A DNA stretch of 64,000 bases. Origin: an uncultured Parachlamydiaceae bacterium. GTDB taxonomy: Bacteria > Chlamydiota > Chlamydiia > Chlamydiales > Parachlamydiaceae. Below the pieces are notes generated by a model. That model was not told the origin of the DNA. It did not search any database and worked only from the letters and a program-made list of their open reading frames with translations. The stretch covers positions 1 through 64,000 of the forward strand of contig CAVULX010000004.1 in NCBI GenBank assembly GCA_963742415.1, read 5' to 3'. Made by a program: the position numbers and the translations under genes. Positions 49,001-56,221 of the stretch are shown here, in pieces; position 1 is the stretch's first letter; the number at the start of each line of letters is the position of its first letter.

Positions 49001-49896
49001 TTTACGTACAACAAAAAATCATGATGTAAATTTTTAGATTCTTTCTCAATTTTAGATAAAATTTTTTCTGTGTTATAGTTATTAATAAAAAATAGATCTT
49101 CTAACAGCGTCGATTGATAACTTGGGAATAGCTCAATTCGATCCCTGGTCATTAAAAGAAGTGGAAAAAGCTCCTTAGGATAAGTTAAACAAGTTTTAAT
49201 AATTTTTATAATGTTAATCAATTCATTATGAGCATCTGGTGTTAATATATTTCTAGTGAATTCCCAATATGAATCATTAGTAAAAATATTGTTTTCTAAT
49301 TGTCCGGTAAGGATTATTTCCTCTTTATATAGTAAATATCCTTCAAATGCTTTAAATAAAGTATTTAAATCAATAAGGATCATATCAAGAATTTCTACCT
49401 TTGAAGATTTTTTTTCTTTAAATTCTTTTGCGATGATTTTCACACGTAAATTTTTGGTTGTTTTTTTATTTTTGAGTAGGAGATTAGGAAGACGTATTTC
49501 TAACCATCGCATGATGTTTATCATGTCCCCATTAAACTCAGGAAACATTTCCTTTATTGATTTATAAGCCGTCTTAATGTCCTCAATAGAAGATTTATCT
49601 GCTTCTATTTTATCCACAAAGGGTTTCCATCCTTTAATAGAAATAAATAAAGCATGGATTTCTAAAACGGTAAGGTTGTTAAATAAATCTTCAGAGACAA
49701 TGGCTTTGCGTATACCCGATTGATTTGCTAAAGCATCTGAAGGTATGGTTCCTACAGGCTTTAAACAAAGTTGCCTGCAAAGATCATCTACGCGGTTTAC
49801 ATTACTTTTTATGCTATCATACATTGTTTTTGGGAGGGTGGCATAAAAAGAAGAAGATGTTGCTGAAGGTTGTGTTGTTTGCATTATTGGATCCAT
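46084..49896 (-). CDS. Large paralog 2 (1270 aa), two HEPN-like domains, basic NLS-like patch
   Basis: Alignable to paralogs 1 and 3 along its length; RKKGKRK patch. Confidence 0.8.
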   Translation of the reverse strand: MDPIMQTTQPSATSSSFYATLPKTMYDSIKSNVNRVDDLCRQLCLKPVGTIPSDALANQSGIRKAIVSEDLFNNLTVLEIHALFISIKGWKPFVDKIEADKSSIEDIKTAYKSIKEMFPEFNGDMINIMRWLEIRLPNLLLKNKKTTKNLRVKIIAKEFKEKKSSKVEILDMILIDLNTLFKAFEGYLLYKEEIILTGQLENNIFTNDSYWEFTRNILTPDAHNELINIIKIIKTCLTYPKELFPLLLMTRDRIELFPSYQSTLLEDLFFINNYNTEKILSKIEKESKNLHHDFLLYVNEFIKILNQIDEEREKFFQLIKEKSFLSINGKAESYDSILKKLKKTEETYNLWLGKYRQCIKTKISKAEEINDIFHKYHIYLDNHYKSGAAGLATSSDLVCQVIKYAKDLGIEFKNYQSGILSLFDIISIKLYDQSKQIYKCLGNETHPLWEVIDSILGIKIIGTDLSKLSYKKKSNAFRNFSLLIQRLEKQKNVLKNFAEKNSDLKIVAAPFIKSLESSIQIYRKFYSCLDLIGFLISPIKESNPNPSLTELDLLKNHLKNLSDVLLGYFDETMISHLEKNLAHFHKPFSIFIVKWKERCQALLNQEGMLLENKIKNYFSLVEQIITFFSNLAIDDAKISSIVEFLIENLNGSFIENSKPLLRYTIRQELLASTPKTKRLNSRKKGKRKPVAKKPQVKRSQPSLGLGHPFIPLNFLNLNPSSSPEIAIQKEAHEQEVKKSYLEFQQNWKDLPFWERLQLLHSLCKRLQTYEFQMVHYGSLKEGENQFESIKNEAKSNLQSSVEDLLTHAEQIESEKITPHQFSFLVLRMSIAIEQAIKMLFNRKNSITHVHKHQPGLLYQELVKNQEQIQFPLPLSADQTNWLNSLDAIIEISGRYTSKSFDFMVIGNSQILYLSTLKLDSLSKEEQNQARFELCQGLGIPFSEQESLPSLIQKGWKYVQENRRQFFETGLEVLKNLLLSVDVENMSVVPSEKLSFKADLSLLSGIFKDLKVQTKSPQISINNLITQMDTIWNKLYKGQNLHKLHSPHFKSTENFKLKTWISIALRESEGALQSLKNLFPYLKGSSAYAWGMAALLKEAVLIESVMQVLMGYLPLFDEGESSSHLLFTDFRGKPFCRSHQLQRFLDKIKPHIKELPATMIDHLEDRIKILEPILKKLYRYNSDALSESQQLLNQLRFLDQLNFSLSKGALRPDQKEELESITKEFSKDLANLDSTTEEFIEGKIIRSLPSTLQAVDKLLDILILHLKKDQG

Positions 49897-50029
49897 AAAA
49901 GCCTTGAATTTAAAAATTAAAAAAATATAGTTTAGTTATTAATTAATTAACTTGCAATACGATTTTAATAAATATAGAACTTGTTGCATTATCATTAATA
50001 AGGCAACAATTTTAAGCAATATCAGGGGT

Positions 50030-53000
50030 TCAATTTTGCTTAATTTTTATGAGGAGAATATCTAATAATTTATCGACGGCCTTCAGAGTCGATGGAAGAG
50101 ATCGGATGATTTTCCCTTCGATAAATTCTTCTATAGTTACGTCAAGGTTGGCTAAATCTATTGAAAACCCTTTTGTGATACTTTCCAGCTCCTCTTTTTG
50201 ATCTGGCCTCAACGTCCCTTTTGATAAAGAAAAGTTCAACTGGTCCAAGAACCGCAATTGGTTTAAAAGCTGCTGAGATTCAGATAGAGCATCTGAATTA
50301 TACCGATAAAGCTTTTTTAAAATCGGTTCCAAAATTTTTATACGATCTTCCAAGTGGTCTATCACTGTTGCAGGCAGTTCTTTAATATGGGGCTTGATTT
50401 TATCTAAAAATTTTTGAAGTTGATGGGAATGGCAGAAAGGTTTTCCATGAAAATCTGTAAACAATAAATGGGAAGAACTTTCCCCTTCATCGAAGAGAGG
50501 GAGATACCCCATCAAGGCTTGCATCATGCTCTCGATAAGGACCGCTTCTTTTAATAAAGCGGCCATTCCCCAAGCATAAGCGCTGGATCCCTTTAAATAG
50601 GGAAAAAGATTTTTGAGACTCTGTAAAGCCCCCTCGCTTTCCTTTAATGCACTGCTGATCCCAGTTTTTATCTCAGTTGATTTGAAATGAGGTGAGTGGA
50701 GTCTGTGCAAATTTTGTCCATTATACAATTTGTTCCAGATCATGTCCATTTGGGTAATCAAATTAGACATTTGAGAAGATTTGGTTTGAATTTGCAAATC
50801 CTTGAAGATTCCCGACAAAAGGGAAAGATCTGCTTTAAAAGAGAGTTTTTCAGAGGGAACAACGCTCATGTTTTCTACGTCTACAGAGAGCAAGAGATTT
50901 TTCAGGACTTCCAATCCGGTTTCAAAAAACTGGCGCCGATTTTCTTGCACATATTTCCACCCCTTTTGAATTAGAGAGGGGAGCGATTCTTGTTCACTGA
51001 AAGGGATCCCTAATCCTTGGCAAAGCTCAAATCGGGCTTGGTTTTGTTCCTCTTTAGAAAGGGAATCCAATTCCAAGGTTGATAAATAAAGAATTTGAGA
51101 ATTTCCAATGACCATAAAATCAAAAGATTTGCTGGTGTACCGTCCAGATATGTCAATGATACTATCTAGAGAATTTAACCAATCGGTTTGATCGGTGGAT
51201 AAAGGGAGAGGAAACTGAATTTGCTCTTGATTCTTCACTAACTCTTGGTAAAGCAAGCCAGGTTGATGCTTATGAACATGGGTTATAGAGTTCTTACGGT
51301 TAAACAACAGTTTTATCGCTTGCTCTATAGCAATACTCATTCTTAAGACGAGAAATGAAAACTGATGGGGTGTTATTTTTTCCGATTCGATCTGTTCTGC
51401 AAGGGTTAATAAATCTTCAACCGATGATTGTAAGTTGGATTTTGCTTCATTTTTTATTGATTCGAATTGATTTTCCCCTTCTTTAAGAGAACCGTAATGG
51501 ACCATTTGAAATTCATAAGTCTGCAATCTTTTGCATAAGCTATGGAGCGACTGAAGTCTTTCCCAAAAAGGGAGATCTTTCCAATTCTGTTGAAATTCAA
51601 GGTACGATTTTTTTACTTCTTGCTCATGAGCTTCTTTTTGAATTGCAATTTCAGGAGAAGATGAGGGATTCAAATTTAGCATTTTCCAGGGGATGAATAA
51701 CTGACGCATGGGTTTAGGTAGAGGGGGTGTCTTCACCAGCGGCTTTTGGGCATTGGGCTTTTGACCTCTTTTTTTTCTTTGGTTTGCGCCTCCCTTTTTC
51801 GGAGTCGAAGAGAGAAGTTCCTGTCTCATCGCGAAAGTAAGGAGGGGTTTAGCAGTTTCAATATAAGTGTTTTTTAGAATATTAATTATCGATCCTAGAT
51901 GCTCATTGATAAAAAGTGCACGCTTATCGTTAACTAGATTTGTAAAGAAATCAATCACTTCTTCAACGGAGGAGATGTAATTTTGAATTTTATTTTCTAA
52001 AGGCAAACCCACTTTTTTCAATTGAGCCTGGAACCTTTCTTTCCAGTTAACGATAAATATGTTAAAAGGGGCAAAGCGCTTTCCTAAAAATGATATTGAT
52101 TTTTCATCAAAAAATTCAAATAATTCCTCAGAAAGAATCTTGAGTTTTTTTTGGAGAAAGTCTAGTTCTGCAGAGGATGGGATAGGGCTTGACTCTTTAA
52201 TAGGACTCCACAAAAGACCTAAGAGGTCGATACCAACATAAAAATGTTTAAAAATTTGGATGCTAATATCCAAATATTTTACAAAATCCTCAGTTACAGT
52301 CTTTAAATTAGGATATTTTTGTAAGACTTGTCTTAATAATTTTGTTTTAAATTCTAGATCGGAGACAATTCTGTAATAATTGCTAAGCGATTTTGATTTC
52401 TCATTATAACTTAGTTTACTTAAATCAATATCGATAATATTAATAGATAAAATGCCTTCAATAAGATGACGAATGATTCGATCGTCAGTACCAATACATT
52501 TAAAAATTTTTCTCGCTTGTTCATGTAATTTTATTAAAATTATATCTCCAAGAGAAAAAATTCCAGAATGAAAATTATTTAATTCAATGCCTAAATCCTT
52601 AGCACATTTTATAACGACGCAAACTGTCTCGCTAGAGTTTAAAATCGTGGATGCAACCATGTAATAGTGGTTATATAAATACAAATGATATTTTTTAATA
52701 ATTTCACACATTTCTTCCGTCTCTGATCCGGTTGCGTGGGGGCAATTTTCATATTTATGAACCCAATTGATGTAATTATCATTATTTTTACTTAATTTGG
52801 TTAAAGAATTCAAACTCTTAACCTCAGTCAATTTTAAAAATGTTCTATTTTTTATAATTGAATTCAAATTTTCTATGTCTTTATTAATCTCTATTAAAAT
52901 TTCTTTTATTTCATGTAAGGTTAATAAAAAACTTTTACGTAATTTTTGGGGTATGTTATTCGGAATTTTTTCTCCATAATAGTTATCAATATAATGCAGT

Positions 53001-53764
53001 TCACTTAGGAATGAAGATTGAAAATCTGGAAAAATCTCTATTCGAGGCCGAGTCGTTAAAAGAAGCGGAAAAAGCTCCTTTGGATAAGTCAAACAATTTT
53101 TTATAATTTTTATAAGATTCACCATTTCATTGTGGGCTTCAGAAGTTAATGTAGTTTTGGTGAATTCCCAATAGGAATCGTTAATAAAAATATCGTTTTT
53201 TAATTGATTGGTAAGGATTTTTTCATCATTTAAATTTAAATATTCTTGAAAAGCGTTAAATAATAGATTTAAATCAGTAAGAATAATTTCAGCAAGATCA
53301 GCTTTTAGAACTTCCTTTTCTTTAAATTCTGTTGTGATTACTCTTACTTTTATGTTAACCGCTTTTTTATGTTTCAACAAGAGGTAGGGAAGACGTATTT
53401 CTAACCATCGCATGATGTTTATCATGTCGCCGCTAAGCTCGGGGATTAGTTCATTTATTCCTTTGTAAGTAGTCTCAATGTCCTCAATAGATTTTTTTGC
53501 TTCGATTTTTTCTCTAAAAGGTTTCCAACCTTTAATAGAAATAAATAGGGCATGGACTTCTAAAGTTGTAAGCCGTCCAAATAATTCTTTAGTGTTGATG
53601 ACTTCAACCTTACCAGGCTGAAATTTTAAAGCTTCTTCTGGAATACTCCCTACAGGTTTTAAACAAAGCTGCCTACAAAGGAAGTCTATGCCCCCTCTAT
53701 TTTTTTGTATGTCTTCAAAGAGTATTAATGGCAGGGAGGAGTAAAAAGAAGATGTTGGTTCCAC
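50030..53764 (-). CDS. Large paralog 3 (1244 aa), two HEPN-like domains, basic NLS-like patch
   Basis: GTG start; C-terminal half nearly identical to paralog 2; RKKRGQK patch. Confidence 0.8.
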   Translation of the reverse strand: MEPTSSFYSSLPLILFEDIQKNRGGIDFLCRQLCLKPVGSIPEEALKFQPGKVEVINTKELFGRLTTLEVHALFISIKGWKPFREKIEAKKSIEDIETTYKGINELIPELSGDMINIMRWLEIRLPYLLLKHKKAVNIKVRVITTEFKEKEVLKADLAEIILTDLNLLFNAFQEYLNLNDEKILTNQLKNDIFINDSYWEFTKTTLTSEAHNEMVNLIKIIKNCLTYPKELFPLLLTTRPRIEIFPDFQSSFLSELHYIDNYYGEKIPNNIPQKLRKSFLLTLHEIKEILIEINKDIENLNSIIKNRTFLKLTEVKSLNSLTKLSKNNDNYINWVHKYENCPHATGSETEEMCEIIKKYHLYLYNHYYMVASTILNSSETVCVVIKCAKDLGIELNNFHSGIFSLGDIILIKLHEQARKIFKCIGTDDRIIRHLIEGILSINIIDIDLSKLSYNEKSKSLSNYYRIVSDLEFKTKLLRQVLQKYPNLKTVTEDFVKYLDISIQIFKHFYVGIDLLGLLWSPIKESSPIPSSAELDFLQKKLKILSEELFEFFDEKSISFLGKRFAPFNIFIVNWKERFQAQLKKVGLPLENKIQNYISSVEEVIDFFTNLVNDKRALFINEHLGSIINILKNTYIETAKPLLTFAMRQELLSSTPKKGGANQRKKRGQKPNAQKPLVKTPPLPKPMRQLFIPWKMLNLNPSSSPEIAIQKEAHEQEVKKSYLEFQQNWKDLPFWERLQSLHSLCKRLQTYEFQMVHYGSLKEGENQFESIKNEAKSNLQSSVEDLLTLAEQIESEKITPHQFSFLVLRMSIAIEQAIKLLFNRKNSITHVHKHQPGLLYQELVKNQEQIQFPLPLSTDQTDWLNSLDSIIDISGRYTSKSFDFMVIGNSQILYLSTLELDSLSKEEQNQARFELCQGLGIPFSEQESLPSLIQKGWKYVQENRRQFFETGLEVLKNLLLSVDVENMSVVPSEKLSFKADLSLLSGIFKDLQIQTKSSQMSNLITQMDMIWNKLYNGQNLHRLHSPHFKSTEIKTGISSALKESEGALQSLKNLFPYLKGSSAYAWGMAALLKEAVLIESMMQALMGYLPLFDEGESSSHLLFTDFHGKPFCHSHQLQKFLDKIKPHIKELPATVIDHLEDRIKILEPILKKLYRYNSDALSESQQLLNQLRFLDQLNFSLSKGTLRPDQKEELESITKGFSIDLANLDVTIEEFIEGKIIRSLPSTLKAVDKLLDILLIKIKQN

Positions 53765-53826
53765 AAAAAAGCCAAGTTAGTTTTTCATTATTTAACGTAA
53801 GTTGCAAATAATTAAATTTATCGTCT

Positions 53827-53893
53827 CTCTGTGTTCTCTGTGAACTCTGTGGTTGAATTTTAATAAACCACAGAGATCACAGAGAACACAGAG
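53827..53893. repeat. 28-bp IR built from 9-nt (..CACAGAG) units
   Basis: CTCTGTGTTCTCTGTGAACTCTGTGGTT / AACCACAGAGATCACAGAGAACACAGAG, 1 mismatch, 11-nt loop. Confidence 0.9.
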
Positions 53894-54040
53894 GTTTTTT
53901 TTAACTTGATTACACTCAGTAATTTTCAACTTACATTATTTAACTTGTAACAAAATAATAAAAATTAGGGATATTAATTGATACAGGTCTTTTTAACTAT
54001 ATTTTCACTATAAAAGGAAAACGAGAAAAAAGCAAACAGA

Positions 54041-54081
54041 AGAGGCACGGAGAATAGTTTGATCTTTGTCTCTGTGCCTCT
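54041..54081 (-). terminator. Hairpin downstream of the PEP-CTERM gene
   Basis: AGAGGCACGGAGA / TCTCTGTGCCTCT; T-rich tail on the minus strand. Confidence 0.55.
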
Positions 54082-54091
54082 AAAGAAATCT

Positions 54092-54820
54092 TTACTGAGC
54101 TGTTCGTTGTTTTCGTTTTAAAAAGATGCAGAGGGCTAGTGCGGATCCTAATATTAGGTATGTTGAAGGTTCGGGGGTAACAACACCCATGGTTGTAATG
54201 ACGGCTTCCAGTGTAGCAACATTAGTCTTATTTTCTTGAGTCAAGAACTGGTTGACTAGAACGCCATTCTTTTTGAATCCGAAAAGCTCTAAAGTATATT
54301 GGACCCCACCAATGGTGAATGTGCTCGAAGCAGGAACGTTGTTGGTGAAAGTGACAATATCATCGCAAACAGATATAGATCCTGGTGGACATTGGCCAGC
54401 GATGTTAGGAGTTTCATCATGCTGGAAATTGTAGATAAAATTTAAATTATTTATTTGTGTTCCATTTATATTTAAGCTGACCAGAGTGCTTAATGTTGCT
54501 CCTGTAATTCCGCTACCATGCGGGATAACTTGGTTGAAATGTGTAAACGTTGCAAGGTCAAAGGGTGTGCCGATAGTCACACTATAAAAAAAGGGCGTTA
54601 TAGGGGAGAATAAGTAAGCGCTTCGATCAGGGTTTGTACCACCCCAAGAGATTTCATTAGTTCCCACCCCTTGGACATTGGATCCACCGGATACACTGGT
54701 CCATGCACCAGAAACATCCGTGACAGTAATGCTATCAGCCGAGAAAATTGTGGCAGGAGCTATGGTTATAAAAGCTAGAGAGAGGATAAATAATGCTTTT
54801 AAATTTGATTTAGTGACCAT
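54092..54820 (-). CDS. PEP-CTERM sorting domain protein (THxN-type)
   Basis: Signal peptide; FDLATFTHFNQVI, HDETPN; C-terminal TPEPSTY + TM + KRKQR. Confidence 0.9.
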   Translation of the reverse strand: MVTKSNLKALFILSLAFITIAPATIFSADSITVTDVSGAWTSVSGGSNVQGVGTNEISWGGTNPDRSAYLFSPITPFFYSVTIGTPFDLATFTHFNQVIPHGSGITGATLSTLVSLNINGTQINNLNFIYNFQHDETPNIAGQCPPGSISVCDDIVTFTNNVPASSTFTIGGVQYTLELFGFKKNGVLVNQFLTQENKTNVATLEAVITTMGVVTPEPSTYLILGSALALCIFLKRKQRTAQ

Positions 54821-55108
54821 ATAATCCTCTTATTTATTATCAATTAAGAATACTACTAGAATTATTATATTAATTAAAATAATTATTAATCAATTGATAT
54901 ATTAACTATCCTGGTTCAATTATTTTAATTTATTTATTACTTTGGTAGATGCAAGAAATATGCCAGTTTTTAATCTAGGAAAGGAAGACCCTGGAAAAGG
55001 GGGATTTCACATTTTTTCGTCGTCAGAAATCTTTTCGTATTTTAAAATAAAGCATTCATAACGAATAAGTTCTGTTTTTTAGCATTTAAACAAGGATGAG
55101 GTGAAACG

Positions 55109-56218
55109 ATGCTTATAGGAATACCAAAAGAAATTAAAAATCATGAATACCGTGTAGGTGCGACCCCTGCGATGGTGAGAGCTTTAGTGGAAATGGGACA
55201 TCAGGTCCTTGTCGAAACGTTAGCCGGGTCGACGATCGGTTTCACAGATGAGATGTATGCCGCCGCAGGAGCTAAAATAGCAAAGACGCCATCTGAAGTT
55301 TATAAAGCTGAAATGATCATCAAAGTAAAAGAGCCCCAGGAAAGTGAATTTGCTCTTTTGAGGGAAGGACAGATTCTGTTTTGTTATTTACATTTGGCTC
55401 CCGATCCAATCCAGACCAAGCATCTGCTGGAAAGGAAAGTTGTTGGGATTGCTTATGAGACAGTGACAGATCTCCAAGGAAGATTGCCCCTTTTGATCCC
55501 AATGAGCGAAATTGCCGGGAGAATTTCCATTCAAGTCGGAGCGACATGCATGCAATTAAACCATGGGGGGAAAGGGTTGCTTTTAGGGGGAGTTCCTGGA
55601 GTATTTCCCGCTCGGGTTGTTGTTATTGGGGGGGGAATTGTGGGAACCGAAGCTGCAAGGATGGCGATGGGGTTGGGAGCTAATGTAACGATTATCGATA
55701 AAGACCTCAATCGGCTGCGTCAATTGGATGCGTTGTATGGTCCTAATTTAAAAACTTTGTACTCGACATCTTCCTCGATAGAAGAGGCTGTGATCCGTGC
55801 GGACATTGTCATAGGCGCGGTTTTGATTCCTGGGAAGCTGGCTCCAAAGCTTGTCACAAGGGAGATGGTCAAGAAGATGACACCCGGTTCTGTCATTGTC
55901 GATGTGGCAATTGATCAGGGGGGGTGTGTCGAAACGGCTTATCCCACGACCCATGCTACCCCTACATTTATCACTGAAGGGGTGATCCATTATTGTGTGA
56001 CGAATATGCCTGGGGCTTGTGCGCGCACTTCCACCCAAGCATTGACAAATGCCACGATGGATTACGCGTTGACGATAGCAAATAAGGGTTGGAAACGGGC
56101 GTTGAAAGAATGCCAGGGACTGCGCCAAGGTCTCAATGTTTGCTTGGGGAAGGTGACCAATGCTTCTGTTGCGGCCGACCTTGGTTATGAATATGAAGCG
56201 CCTGAAAGTCTTCTTTAG
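55109..56218 (+). CDS. ald: Alanine dehydrogenase
   Basis: IGIPKEIKNHEYRV, KVKEP, YLHLA, PMSEIAGR, GGGIVG, DVAIDQGGC, YCVTNMPGA. Confidence 0.97.
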   Translation: MLIGIPKEIKNHEYRVGATPAMVRALVEMGHQVLVETLAGSTIGFTDEMYAAAGAKIAKTPSEVYKAEMIIKVKEPQESEFALLREGQILFCYLHLAPDPIQTKHLLERKVVGIAYETVTDLQGRLPLLIPMSEIAGRISIQVGATCMQLNHGGKGLLLGGVPGVFPARVVVIGGGIVGTEAARMAMGLGANVTIIDKDLNRLRQLDALYGPNLKTLYSTSSSIEEAVIRADIVIGAVLIPGKLAPKLVTREMVKKMTPGSVIVDVAIDQGGCVETAYPTTHATPTFITEGVIHYCVTNMPGACARTSTQALTNATMDYALTIANKGWKRALKECQGLRQGLNVCLGKVTNASVAADLGYEYEAPESLL

Positions 56219-56221
56219 AGT

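Noticed and set aside
41951..53764. Cas13-like effectors (similar size, two HEPN-like domains)
   Set aside because: No CRISPR array or cas genes in the window, no canonical RxxxxH pair, and both HEPN-like units are in the C-terminal half
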